The position numbers and the translations under genes were made by a program. From the NCBI GenBank assembly GCA_963662335.2, contig CAXXVD010000001.1:1-64000 (forward strand): a stretch of DNA of 64,000 bases. Reading direction: 5' to 3'. Shown one piece after another: positions 19,353-29,274 of this stretch. A model generated the notes under the pieces. That model had not been told where the DNA came from, searched no databases, and worked only from the letters and a program-made list of their open reading frames with translations. The number at the start of each line of letters is the position of its first letter. Positions within the stretch are counted from its first letter, which is position 1. Origin of the DNA: Chloroflexota bacterium (GTDB lineage: Bacteria > Chloroflexota > UBA11872 > VXOZ01).

Positions 19353-20768
19353 CTAGGATAGGGCGGCCCGCTCAGCCGCCAACCGCGCGCGCGCCGCTCT
19401 GATGGCAGACTCGACCTGATCCGGCGCGGTTCCGCCAGGGATTGCCCGCGCCGCCAGCGACCCTTCGACCGTAATCGCGTCGAACACGTCCTCGCCAATG
19501 CGGTCGCAGGCCGCCTGGTACTCGGCCAACGACAGATCTGCCAGGCCGCAGTCTCTGTCAAGGCACAGGCGCACAACTCCGCCAACCACGCTATGCGCCT
19601 CGCGGAAGGGCAGCCCCTTGCGCACCAGATAGTCGGCGAGGTCGGTGGCCGTGGCGAAGCCGCCGCCGGCCGCCGCCGCCATGCGCGCGGCATTCACGTG
19701 GAGCGTGCCCATCACGGCGTTCATTATGTCAAGGCACGCCGCCGTGGTGTCCACGCCATCAAAGAGCGCCGCTTTGTCTTCCTGAAGATCTCGGTTGTAC
19801 GTGAGCGGCAGCCCTTCCATGAGCGTGAGCAGCGCAAAGAGGTCGCCAAAGACCCGGCCGGCCTTGCCGCGCGTCAGTTCCGCCGCGTCCGGATTCTTCT
19901 TCTGCGGCATGATGCTGGAGCCGGTGGCGTAAGCCTCGTCCACCTCCACGAAGCCGAATTCCGCGGACGACCAGAGAATGACCTCCGCCGCCAGCCGTGA
20001 GAGGTGCGTCATGATCAGGCTGCACACGTGCAGCGCCTCGATGGCAAAGTCGCGGTCGCTCACCGCGTCCATGCTGTTCGCGGCAATCGCCGCAAAGCCT
20101 AGCTCCCGCGCCACGAATTCACGATCGAGCGGATACGGCGCGCCGGCCAGCGCCGCCGCGCCCAGCGGCAGCACGTTCACCCGCGCCCGGCACTCCCGCG
20201 ACCGCGCAAAGTCACGGGACAGCATCTCCACGTAGGCGAGCAGGTGGTGGCCGAACGTCACCGGCTGGGCGCGTTGCAGGTGCGTATAGCCGGGCATGGC
20301 AGTCGCCGCGTGCTCAGCGGCGCGGTCGAGCAACGTCTCTTGAAACCGGCACAGTTGCCGGCCCAGCGCGTCCAGCGCGCCCCGGAGCCACAACCGCACG
20401 TCGGTTGCCACCTGGTCGTTGCGGCTGCGGGCCGTGTGGAGTTTGCCCGCCACCGCCCCCACGCGCTCCCGCAAGAGGTCTTCCACCGCCGAGTGCACGT
20501 CCTCCCAGCGCTCCACGTCCGGCGTGATGGCGCCGCTCTCGATCTCCTCCAGGACGGCCACCAGGCCCGCGCAGATGGTGTCCGCTTCCGCTTGGGCGAT
20601 GATGCCCTGCTTGGCGAGCATGAGACAGTGCGCCCGCGAGCCGAGAATGTCCTCGCGGTAGAGCCGCCAGTCTACCGGCAATGAGGACGAAAACGCCAGC
20701 ATGTCAGCGGCGAGACCTCTGCTGAAGCGGCCGCCCCAGAGCGTGGACGTTTCTTTGGAATTCTCCAT
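19353..20768 (-). CDS. argH: Argininosuccinate lyase
   Basis: LWGGRF, LHTARSRNDQ, PGYTHLQRAQP, GSSIMPQKKNPD. Confidence 0.98.
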   Translation of the reverse strand: MENSKETSTLWGGRFSRGLAADMLAFSSSLPVDWRLYREDILGSRAHCLMLAKQGIIAQAEADTICAGLVAVLEEIESGAITPDVERWEDVHSAVEDLLRERVGAVAGKLHTARSRNDQVATDVRLWLRGALDALGRQLCRFQETLLDRAAEHAATAMPGYTHLQRAQPVTFGHHLLAYVEMLSRDFARSRECRARVNVLPLGAAALAGAPYPLDREFVARELGFAAIAANSMDAVSDRDFAIEALHVCSLIMTHLSRLAAEVILWSSAEFGFVEVDEAYATGSSIMPQKKNPDAAELTRGKAGRVFGDLFALLTLMEGLPLTYNRDLQEDKAALFDGVDTTAACLDIMNAVMGTLHVNAARMAAAAGGGFATATDLADYLVRKGLPFREAHSVVGGVVRLCLDRDCGLADLSLAEYQAACDRIGEDVFDAITVEGSLAARAIPGGTAPDQVESAIRAARARLAAERAALS

Positions 20769-20799
20769 ACGAAGTTGCGCCCAGTGTCCGTTGGATAAC

Positions 20800-21091
20800 G
20801 TAGCGCGGGGGCTTGTCCCCCGCAGGGCAAACGCCTGCTAACCGTAGCGCGGGGGCTTGTCCCCCGCATAGTCTAGCGACCGTGAAGCCAAGGCTTGCTC
20901 GCAACCGGCCATAGCGCGTTAGTTATGGACTCCCACCTGCTTAGGATTCACCTTGGCAGCGCGAAAGCCGCATAGGAAACGAGCGTGGCGTCAGGATCCC
21001 TGTCCGTCATTCCCGCGAAAGCGGGAATCAATCCGCTCTTGGCTGTGCGCGCGAAAACAAGATGGATTCCCGCTTTCGCGGGAATGACGGA
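20800..21091. repeat. REP cluster: two GTAG REPs plus inverted GTCATTCCCGCGAAAGCGGGAATC pair
   Basis: REPs at 20800 and 20844; inverted pair at 21003-21029 and 21065-21091. Confidence 0.88.
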
Positions 21092-21156
21092 GTCGGTCTT
21101 GCCGCTAGCATGGCGACCATGAACTGACCGCCGTTAGCGAGGAAAGGCGCGCGCGG

Positions 21157-22410
21157 TCATTCGTCCTCCGCTTCCTTTGCCTCCAGGCGCTTGGCCTGCG
21201 GCAGGAGCGGCACATCCTCGCCGTGCAGTTGCTGGCGCGCCTGCACCTGGGTGCTCAGGCCCCAAATCTTCACAAAGCCCTCTGCGGCGCGGTGGTCGAA
21301 CGCGTCGCCGCTCAGATAGGTTGCCAGGTCTTCGCGGTAGAGTGAGTGCGGCGACTGCCGCCCGACCACCGTGGCCTGGCCCCGGTAGAGCTTCAAGCGG
21401 ATTGTGCCGGTCGCCGAGCGTTGGGTGCTATCCACGAACGCCATCAGGTCGCGGTTGAGCGTGGAGAACCAGAGGCCGCCGTAGACCAGGCGCGAAATCT
21501 CTTCCGCCACCACGCGCTTGAAGTGCGACTGGTCGCGGGCGAGCGTCATCTGTTCCAGGGCCTCGTGCGCCTTGAAGAGGATCGTGCCAGCCGGACACTC
21601 GTAGATTTCGCGGGACTTGATGCCAACCACGCGGTTTTCCACGTGGTCGACGCGCCCCACGCCGTGCGCGCCGCCCAGGTCGTTGAGTTCCTGGATCAGG
21701 TCTACGCCGTTCTTCTCCTGGCCATCGATGGCCATGGGAATGCCCTCTTGAAAGCCAATCTCGACGTACGCCGGCGTAGCCGGCGCGTTTTCCGGCGCGA
21801 CCGTCCACTCGTAGGCGTCCTCCGGCGGCTCGACCCAGGGATCTTCCAGCGGCCCGGATTCGATGCTGCGTCCCCAGAGGTTCTGGTCCAGGCTGTACGG
21901 CTGGCGCGACCCTTCCGGCACTGGGATGCCGTGTTCTTTGGCGTACGCTTCCTCCTGGTCGCGGGTCAGGCCCCACTCGCGCACCGGCGCAATCACTTGC
22001 AATTCCGGCGCGAGCGCGTGCACGGAAACGTCGAAGCGCACCTGGTCGTTCCCCTTGCCGGTGGAGCCGTGCGCCACCGCCTGCGCGCCCTCCTCGCGGG
22101 CCACGTCCACCAGCAGTTTCGCGATCAGCGGGCGTCCCAATGCCGTTGCCAGGTAGTAGGCGTTTTCATACACGGCGCCGGCCTTGAGCGCCGGCCAGAT
22201 GAAGTGCGCAATGAAGAGGTCCCGCGCGTCCACCACGTACGCCTTGCGCGCGCCGGTCTGTATCGCCTTGTCGCGAATCGCGGGCAAATCAGGTTCATGG
22301 CCGAGGTCGATCGTCAACGTGACCACGTCCATCTCGTAGTGCTCCTGCAGCCAGCGTATGCAGACGCTGGTGTCCAGGCCGCCGGAATAGGCCAGGACTA
22401 CGGTAGCCAT
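21157..22410 (-). CDS. argG: Argininosuccinate synthase
   Basis: VLAYSGGLDTS, HGSTGKGNDQVRF, GIKSREIYE. Confidence 0.98.
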   Translation of the reverse strand: MATVVLAYSGGLDTSVCIRWLQEHYEMDVVTLTIDLGHEPDLPAIRDKAIQTGARKAYVVDARDLFIAHFIWPALKAGAVYENAYYLATALGRPLIAKLLVDVAREEGAQAVAHGSTGKGNDQVRFDVSVHALAPELQVIAPVREWGLTRDQEEAYAKEHGIPVPEGSRQPYSLDQNLWGRSIESGPLEDPWVEPPEDAYEWTVAPENAPATPAYVEIGFQEGIPMAIDGQEKNGVDLIQELNDLGGAHGVGRVDHVENRVVGIKSREIYECPAGTILFKAHEALEQMTLARDQSHFKRVVAEEISRLVYGGLWFSTLNRDLMAFVDSTQRSATGTIRLKLYRGQATVVGRQSPHSLYREDLATYLSGDAFDHRAAEGFVKIWGLSTQVQARQQLHGEDVPLLPQAKRLEAKEAEDE

Positions 22411-22534
22411 AGGGGTATTCTCCTATTCGGATTTTTAGGACTGCTAGATTGCGCAAAGCCTCATACGAGCGCGAAAAACACGGTGCGGGGCTTACTCGCG
22501 ACAGCACAGCGTCGAGCGGTACCCTGGTATTCTT

Positions 22535-23722
22535 TCAAAGAATCCCACTCAGAGTCTTCTCAATTCGCGCCAGGCCCTCGTCCGCTTCCGCGTCGGTCAG
22601 CGTCAAGGCCGGCGCCATGCGGATGCTGGGCGGCGCGACGCGGTTCACGATGAGGCCGCATTCCAAGGCGTGCGCCAGAAACTGCTCGGCGCGCTCTTCA
22701 CCCAGATCGAACGCCAGCAGGAGTCCCTTGCCGCGAATGTTCGTAATGGCGTTGCCGTGGCGGGCGCTGATGGCGGCCAGTCCGGCCTTGATGCGTTCGC
22801 CCTGGTGTTCCGCGTTCTGCCACAACTCATGCTCGATGACGTGCCGCACCACGGCCGCCGCCCCGGCGCAGATAAAGGGGTTGCCGCCAAACGTCGAACC
22901 GTGATCACCCGGCACGAAGACCGCCGCCCGCTCGTTCACCATACACGCCCCGATGGGCAAGCCGCCGCCCAGCGCCTTGGCCAGCGCCATCACGTCCGGC
23001 TCGATGCCGTAGTGCTCATAGGCGAACAAGCGCCCGGTGCGGCCGATGCCGGTCTGCACCTCGTCCAGCGCCAGCAATAGGTTGTGCTCGTCGCAGAGCG
23101 CGCGCAGCCCCTGCACGTAGTCGTGGTCAGCCTCCCACACGCCGCCTTCGCCCTGGATCAGCTCGACCAGGATGCCGGCCGTCTTTGGGTTCACCGCCGC
23201 CCGCGCCGCCGCCAGGTCGTTGAACGGCACGCGCACGAAGCCGGCCGGCATGGGCACGAAGTCTTCCTGGTAATGGGGATTTGCCGTTGCCGCCACCGCC
23301 GCGATCGTGCGCCCGTGGAAGGCATCGCTCATCACGATGATCTCATGCGCGCCGTCGCGGTTTAGTTTGCCGTACTTCCTCACAATCTTGATTGTCGTCT
23401 CCAGCGCCTCCGAACCGCTGTTCACGAAGAAGACTCGGTCCAACGCGGAGTTTTCCACCAGCAACTCCGCCAACTCATACTGCCGGGGCACGTGGAAGAG
23501 CGAGGAGGTATGCAGCAAGGTGCTTGCCTGCTTGGCGATTGCCTTCACCTGCACGGGATGGGCGTGGCCGAGCGCGTTGACCGCGATGCCCTGCAAGAAG
23601 TCCAGGTAACGCCTGCCGCGCTCATCCCACACCCACGAGCCGTCGCCGGACACCAGCGTCACCGGCAGGCGGTTGAATGTGTTCATGTAGTACTGCTTCT
23701 CTTTGGCAGGCCAGTCGGTCAT
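22535..23722 (-). CDS. argD: Acetylornithine aminotransferase (class III PLP)
   Basis: GIAVNALGH, FHGRT, DEVQTGIGRTG, AKALGGG, HGSTFGGNP; upstream of argG. Confidence 0.92.
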   Translation of the reverse strand: MTDWPAKEKQYYMNTFNRLPVTLVSGDGSWVWDERGRRYLDFLQGIAVNALGHAHPVQVKAIAKQASTLLHTSSLFHVPRQYELAELLVENSALDRVFFVNSGSEALETTIKIVRKYGKLNRDGAHEIIVMSDAFHGRTIAAVAATANPHYQEDFVPMPAGFVRVPFNDLAAARAAVNPKTAGILVELIQGEGGVWEADHDYVQGLRALCDEHNLLLALDEVQTGIGRTGRLFAYEHYGIEPDVMALAKALGGGLPIGACMVNERAAVFVPGDHGSTFGGNPFICAGAAAVVRHVIEHELWQNAEHQGERIKAGLAAISARHGNAITNIRGKGLLLAFDLGEERAEQFLAHALECGLIVNRVAPPSIRMAPALTLTDAEADEGLARIEKTLSGIL

Positions 23723-23924
23723 GCCGTTCCCTTCCTTCCTGCAATGCCAAACGGACACACATAGCCTAGTATAGCGCAGAATTGGGCGGTCTTGCACAAC
23801 GAATTTACATGGCGCCGCGGCACGTTAGCGCTCCGCAAGCACGATGGACAGCGTCCGGCAAAACGGCTACACTAGCGCGCAGCAGTCTTCTTCTTTCCTT
23901 ACCTTGCCAAGGAGCCTTCACCTG

Positions 23925-24785
23925 ATGAAGTTCATCATGTTCTCCAAGCACCTCGAGCATCTCAGCTATGAAGAGCTTGCGGACACGATTGCCGATATCG
24001 GCCTGGACGGCGTGGACTTGACCGTGCGCAGCCCCGGCCACGTGCTGCCCGAGAACGTCACAACCGACCTCCCCAAAGCCGCCAAGGCCATCCGCGCGCG
24101 CGGACTGGAAATCGGCTGGATTACGACCAACATCTTTAGCAGCGAAGCCCCCCACGCCGCGGACATCCTGGCGACCGCCAGCGACCTGGGCATCACGCAA
24201 TTCAAACTGGGTTACCACAAGTACGACGGCTTTGGCAATCTGCAACGCCAGCTTGCCGAGACGCGGGAAACCGTGCGCAGCATCGAACGCCTTTGCCACA
24301 AATACGACGTGCAGGGCGGCATGCACATCCACTCCGGCCCCTTCATGTCCGCCGTGGCGACCATCGTCGGCCCGCTCATCGGGGACTTCGACCCACAGGC
24401 CATCGGCGTCTACGGCGACTTTGGGCACATGGGCGTGGAGGGCAGCTACGGCGGCTGGATTCAGGGACTGGACCTGGTTTCGGACCGGCTCGTCATGCTC
24501 GCGCTCAAGAACATGGGGCAGTTCTGGGAAGCCGACGCCAAGACCGGCGCGCACAAGTGGCACCGGAAGCTAGTCCCGCTGGAACGCGGCTTCACTCCCT
24601 ACCCGGAGGCCTTCGGCTACCTCAAGCAGATCGGCTACAACGGCTACGCCTCGTTCCACAGCGAGTACCAGGGCGCCGCCACCTGGAAGAGCCTGTCCCA
24701 CGACGAATTGATCGAACAGACCAAGGCGGACTTCGCCTACGTCAAGGGCATCTGCGCGGAATTGGGCATCCCGCACGGCGAATAG
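23925..24785 (+). CDS. Sugar phosphate isomerase/epimerase (AP endonuclease 2 TIM barrel)
   Basis: FSKHL, DGVDLTVRSPGHVLPE, DFGH..VEG, SFHSEY; AAGGAG RBS. Confidence 0.85.
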   Translation: MKFIMFSKHLEHLSYEELADTIADIGLDGVDLTVRSPGHVLPENVTTDLPKAAKAIRARGLEIGWITTNIFSSEAPHAADILATASDLGITQFKLGYHKYDGFGNLQRQLAETRETVRSIERLCHKYDVQGGMHIHSGPFMSAVATIVGPLIGDFDPQAIGVYGDFGHMGVEGSYGGWIQGLDLVSDRLVMLALKNMGQFWEADAKTGAHKWHRKLVPLERGFTPYPEAFGYLKQIGYNGYASFHSEYQGAATWKSLSHDELIEQTKADFAYVKGICAELGIPHGE

Positions 24786-24803
24786 GCATCGTTTTCGCCG
24801 CGC

Positions 24804-25033
24804 GTCATTCCGAGCGCAGCGAGGAATCTAGGGCCGGGTGTGGACTCTTGCATGTAGCGCGGGGGCTTGTCCCCCGCCTCCGATGACGACCGTTGGCGCA
24901 GCGAAGATGGATTCCCGCTTTCGCGGGAACGACGGGATCCGCCGCCATACAGTAGCGCGGGGGCTTGTCCCCCGCCTCCGATGACGACCGTTGGCGCAGC
25001 GAAGATGGATTCCCGCCTTCGCGGGAGTGACGG
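24804..25033. repeat. Composite repeat: palindromic element plus two tandem units (98-bp period) of GTAG-REP, spacer and GATTCCCGC..GCGGGA hairpin
   Basis: Units start at 24854 and 24952 with an identical spacer. Confidence 0.88.
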
Positions 25034-25129
25034 ACTCTTTTGCATCGTCTTGGAATTGAAGGAAGTTTCCGCTTGCGCCGCCTCGAGTGCGGCGCGGAAA
25101 GCCCTTGATAAGTTAAGCAAGGAGCAGCC

Positions 25130-26461
25130 ATGCCCCCGCTACCCGCAATCCTCGGCGGCGAGCCCGCCGTCACCCTCGACCACGAACACTACACCCAATG
25201 GCCGATTTACACTGAAGAAGAGGTAGAGGCAGTCGCGGACCTCATCCGCAACCACGCGCTCGCCAGCCAATTCGGCGGGCCGGGGCCGATTACGGACTTG
25301 GAGCGCATGGTGGCGGAAACGTGGGGCGTCAAGCACGCCTTGGCGCACTCTTCTGGCACGGCCTCGCTGCGGTCGGCGCTCTTTGGCGTGGGTGTGGGTT
25401 CGGGCGACGAGGTCATCTGCCAGTCGGCCATTCATCCGTTCAACTGCCTGCCGATCGTTGGCAGCGGCGCCGTGCCGATCTTTGCCGACATCGACCCGGT
25501 TACGCTCACCCTCGACCCGGCGGACGTGGAGCGCAAGATTACGCCGCGCACGAAAGCGCTCATGGTCGTGCACTGGCCCGGCTGTCCGGCGGACATGGAC
25601 GCCATCATGGACATCGCCGCCCGCCGCTCGCTGCGCGTGATAGAAGATAACTGCATCTCCCAGGGCGCGACCCATCGCGGGCGCATGTGCGGGAGCATCG
25701 GCGACGCCGCCGCCATCAGTTTTCAACACGGCAAGAGCACGTCCGCCGGTGAGGGCGGCGTCTTCATGACCAACGATACCGAGGTCTACCAACGTGCCGC
25801 GTCCTTGGGCCACTACGAGCGCCTGCGCGAGTTGCCCAATCCCAAGTGGCGCGCCGTGTCCGGCTTCAGCTTTGGCGAAAAGTACCGCATGGCGACGCTC
25901 TCGGGCGCGATTGGCGTCGTGCAGATGAAGTATTGGAAAGAGCGCCTGGCCGTGCGTATGGCGAATACAGACAAACTGGGAGCGGCGATTTGCGCTATCG
26001 AGGGTTTCGGCGCGCCGGAGTTTCCCGATTATTTCCCGTCGCCCTACTCGAGCGGGCGCATCGTGTTCGATTCCGCTAGGCTGGGCGGCATTACCCGCGC
26101 GCGGCTGCTGGCAGCGCTGCAAGCCGAGGGCGCGCAGGTCTCATCACCCGCCCAGAAGGACACGCTTACCCCTCATGGCGGGGGCCTCACCCACATGCTC
26201 CACAAGCATCCGGTCTTCCAGGGCAACGAGCACGGCACGGGCGACGTCCTCTGGGAAGTGCTTGGGCCGAACGTCCGGCGCGTGGACTACACGAGCGTAG
26301 TGCTGCCGGTCACCGAAGACCCTGAGATTCCCTACGACACGATCCGCGTGCCCAGTTTCACCCGTCCGGCGGATGAACTCATCGACCAATACGCCGCCGC
26401 GTTCGCCAAAGTCTCCGCCCACGCCGACAAGCTGAGCGGCGCCTTGGCGGGAGCCCGTTAA
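25130..26461 (+). CDS. DegT/DnrJ/EryC1/StrS PLP-dependent aminotransferase
   Basis: SSGTASL, PIFADID, VIEDN, SFQHGK..AGEGG. Confidence 0.9.
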   Translation: MPPLPAILGGEPAVTLDHEHYTQWPIYTEEEVEAVADLIRNHALASQFGGPGPITDLERMVAETWGVKHALAHSSGTASLRSALFGVGVGSGDEVICQSAIHPFNCLPIVGSGAVPIFADIDPVTLTLDPADVERKITPRTKALMVVHWPGCPADMDAIMDIAARRSLRVIEDNCISQGATHRGRMCGSIGDAAAISFQHGKSTSAGEGGVFMTNDTEVYQRAASLGHYERLRELPNPKWRAVSGFSFGEKYRMATLSGAIGVVQMKYWKERLAVRMANTDKLGAAICAIEGFGAPEFPDYFPSPYSSGRIVFDSARLGGITRARLLAALQAEGAQVSSPAQKDTLTPHGGGLTHMLHKHPVFQGNEHGTGDVLWEVLGPNVRRVDYTSVVLPVTEDPEIPYDTIRVPSFTRPADELIDQYAAAFAKVSAHADKLSGALAGAR

Positions 26462-26479
26462 GCGCTCCGCTGACCTAAC

Positions 26480-26570
26480 GTAGCGCGGGGGCTTGTCCCC
26501 CGCCGGAGCCACCAAAACTGGCACACACAGGATTGACCTAACGGCTCCGCAGGTTACAAACCTGCGCTAC
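26480..26570 (+). repeat. 91-bp REPIN-like unit with two different GTAG-REP arms
   Basis: Inverted copies at 29404-29494 and 62799-62889, all 91 bp. Confidence 0.85.
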
Positions 26571-26610
26571 CGGGAATTCTGGATGCGCCCTATCCGCAGA
26601 TGCCGCGCGG

Positions 26611-27477
26611 TCACCCCCGCGCATCCGGCGGCAACCCCAGCAAGCGCGCGCCGTTCTCCCACAGCAACGCCCGGCGCTCCTCAGCATCGAGTTGCGCCTT
26701 GTCCACGTGCGCGAGCGCGCGGCGCGGCGGCATGAGCGGATAGTCGCTGCCAAAGAGCAGCCGGGATGGCGCAAGCCGCGCGCCAATCTCATAGATCTTT
26801 GGCGTATAGAGGTAGGGCGTGGCCGCAGTGTCGTAGTGAGTCGTGCCTGCCAGCCCCGTAACCTCTGGCATCAGTTCATAGAAGAGCAGGCCGCCGCCCC
26901 AATGGGCCAGCACGAGCGGCACGCCCTTGGCCATTGCCAACAAGGGGGCCAGTTTCGCCGGCGTCGTTGCCCCTTTGCCAGGATACGTGTGACCCAACGG
27001 TTCGCTGGCGTGCAGCAGCAGGATCATGCCGTGCGCCCGGCACGCCTCCAGCAGCGGCCGCATAGTACGCTCATCCGCCACGTCGAACCCCTGGCCGTCG
27101 GCAGAGAGTTCGCCGACACCGCGAAATCCCAGCCCCGCGCAGCGCGCTATCTCATCCGCCGCGCCCGGCGCGCCCGGCGTAACCGCGCAAAAAGGGACAA
27201 TCTGGTCGTACGGCCGCACAGCTTCTACAATAGAGTCGTTCGTCTCGCGGCAGAGGCCGGGGTCGGACCAGCCGAAGTTGAGCGCCACGGCCGCCGCGAT
27301 TCCGTCCCGCGCCATCGTCTGAGCCAGGTCGGGGGCGGTCGCCAGGCGGCTGCGCGGCGCGGCGTAGAGCGACTCGAACCAGGGCTCGTCAGCGAAGTAC
27401 CGCTCGCGCGCCTGCACGATTTCTTCAGGGAAGACATGGGTGTGGAAGTCAAGAACGCGCTCGCCGTCTATGTGCAC
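26611..27477 (-). CDS. Amidohydrolase_2 family metallohydrolase
   Basis: DFHTH, GVGEL, HASEPLGH.YPGKG, LAHWGGG, LFGSDYP. Confidence 0.88.
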   Translation of the reverse strand: MHIDGERVLDFHTHVFPEEIVQARERYFADEPWFESLYAAPRSRLATAPDLAQTMARDGIAAAVALNFGWSDPGLCRETNDSIVEAVRPYDQIVPFCAVTPGAPGAADEIARCAGLGFRGVGELSADGQGFDVADERTMRPLLEACRAHGMILLLHASEPLGHTYPGKGATTPAKLAPLLAMAKGVPLVLAHWGGGLLFYELMPEVTGLAGTTHYDTAATPYLYTPKIYEIGARLAPSRLLFGSDYPLMPPRRALAHVDKAQLDAEERRALLWENGARLLGLPPDARG

Positions 27478-28632
27478 ATTCCCTTCTGCCGCGTGCGGTG
27501 TCCGTACTGCGATTTTAACACGTACGCCGGTCTCCAGTCGCTCATGCCGGCGTATGTTGAGGCATTATGTCGAGTAATCGCCCAGCGGGGCGCGGCCAGT
27601 GGTTACGGTGCCGCGCGCACGCTCTACTTTGGCGGCGGCACGCCGTCGCTGCTGGAACCCCAACACGTCGGCCAGATCATCGGCGCGGTGAACGCCGTCT
27701 TGCCGCTGGCGGCGGACAGCGAGATTACGCTGGAAGCCAATCCGGTCACCGCCGACGCCGTCCGTTTCGCCGGCTTTCGCGCCGCCGGTGTCAACCGCCT
27801 CTCGTTCGGCGTGCAGAGCTTCACCGACCGCCTGCTCAAAACGCTGGGCCGCGACCACAACGCCGCCCAAGCCACGCGCGCGCTGCGCCTCGCCCGGCAC
27901 GCCGGTTTCCAAAACGTCAGTCTCGATCTCATGTACGCCGTGCCGGAACAATCGTCTGCCGACTGGCGGCATGACCTTGATAGCGCTCTTGCCCTCGCGC
28001 CGGAACACCTCTCGCTCTACTGCCTGACCGTGGAACCCGCCACGCCCTACGCGCGCTGGGTACGCAGCGGCCGCGTGCGGCTGCCGGCCGATGACGTTGC
28101 CGCCGACATGTACGCACATGCGCGTGAGCGCCTGGCGGCTAACGGCTACGAGCACTACGAAATCTCGAACTGGGCATTGCCGGGCAAGGAAGGCCGGCAC
28201 AACCAGGTGTATTGGCGCTGCGAGCCCTATCTGGGCTTGGGAGCGGGCGCGCACGGCTACCTGCACGGCATCCGCACTGCCGAGATTCGCGCCCCCCGCG
28301 ACTACATCGAGCGGGGTCTCCAGGGAGAATCGACAGTCGAGAGCACGGAGACCATCACGCCGCCGGAGGCCGCGGAAGAGAGCATCTTCCTCAATCTGCG
28401 GCTGCTAAAACGCGGCATAGTGCGCCAAGAGTTCGCGGCGCGCTTTGGCGCGGACCCGGTAACGCTGCTTGGCAAGGAACTGACAGAACTGACCCATGCC
28501 AACCTGGTTTCCGTGGATGAGACCGCCATTCGCCTTGCGCCGGACGGTTACTTCCTGGCGAACGAGGTTTGCGTCCGCCTCATCACGGCGCTGGAAGCCG
28601 GGCTGACCGCCGTTCCCTCCGCGTCCCGCTAG
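27436..28632 (+). CDS. hemW: Radical SAM heme chaperone HemW (HemN-like)
   Basis: YVHIPFCRVRCPYCDF, GGGTPS, YEISN, HNQVYW. Confidence 0.93.
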   Translation: MGVEVKNALAVYVHIPFCRVRCPYCDFNTYAGLQSLMPAYVEALCRVIAQRGAASGYGAARTLYFGGGTPSLLEPQHVGQIIGAVNAVLPLAADSEITLEANPVTADAVRFAGFRAAGVNRLSFGVQSFTDRLLKTLGRDHNAAQATRALRLARHAGFQNVSLDLMYAVPEQSSADWRHDLDSALALAPEHLSLYCLTVEPATPYARWVRSGRVRLPADDVAADMYAHARERLAANGYEHYEISNWALPGKEGRHNQVYWRCEPYLGLGAGAHGYLHGIRTAEIRAPRDYIERGLQGESTVESTETITPPEAAEESIFLNLRLLKRGIVRQEFAARFGADPVTLLGKELTELTHANLVSVDETAIRLAPDGYFLANEVCVRLITALEAGLTAVPSASR

Positions 28633-28808
28633 CCGTTCGCGAGCGCGCCGCCGTCGACCCAACGGCGGTTTGTCCCAACCCGCGCAGATTGCTACTATTG
28701 CAGGCAGAAAGGCGCAATCCAAGCGCGGGGCCAATTCGGCCAAGTTTACGCGCAAGCGGCGCGCCCGACCCGAAGCGTACGTCAACGCCAGACTCAAAGG
28801 AGCAAACC

Positions 28809-29195
28809 ATGGCAGTACTGTTACACACACGGATACGCGTGAGCGACCTGGACAACTCGATCAACTTCTACTGCGAGCATCTCGGTTTCAAGGTGCTTAG
28901 CCGCAGCGACCGCTCGCCCGACGGCAATCAAATCGCGCATCTCGAACTGCCCGGCAACGCGCACACGCTGGAACTCACCTGCTCCGACGACTACGACCTC
29001 AACGTGCCCGAGGACCTGATGCACCTGGCCATCGGCGTGCCTGACCTCATCGCCTGTTGCGCCGAATTGGAAGCCAAAGGTATTGAAATCTGGCCCGACG
29101 GTTGGCGCGAGGTCTTTGCCGGCGGCCGGAAGATGGCTTTCATCGACGATCCGGACGGGTACGAAATCGAATTGCTCGAGCGGAAAGACGCTTAA
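28809..29195 (+). CDS. VOC/glyoxalase (lactoylglutathione lyase-like)
   Basis: LLHTRIRVSDLD.SI.FY, LELT, HLAIGV, FIDDPDGYEIEL; AAGGAG RBS. Confidence 0.88.
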   Translation: MAVLLHTRIRVSDLDNSINFYCEHLGFKVLSRSDRSPDGNQIAHLELPGNAHTLELTCSDDYDLNVPEDLMHLAIGVPDLIACCAELEAKGIEIWPDGWREVFAGGRKMAFIDDPDGYEIELLERKDA

Positions 29196-29274
29196 CCCGG
29201 CCACAAAGCCCTACGCGCCCGGATACCGCTAGGCGCTGACCGCCAACGGCACGGTCGCTCCAGGCCGCCAATCC

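Noticed and set aside
23723-23924. ArgR boxes upstream of argD
   Set aside because: No convincing tandem TGAAT/TGCAT-N-ATTCA/ATGCA palindromes
26692-27435. N-terminal extension of HemW in the 646-aa ORF
   Set aside because: It is the antisense frame of the amidohydrolase; HemW homology starts at about 27436
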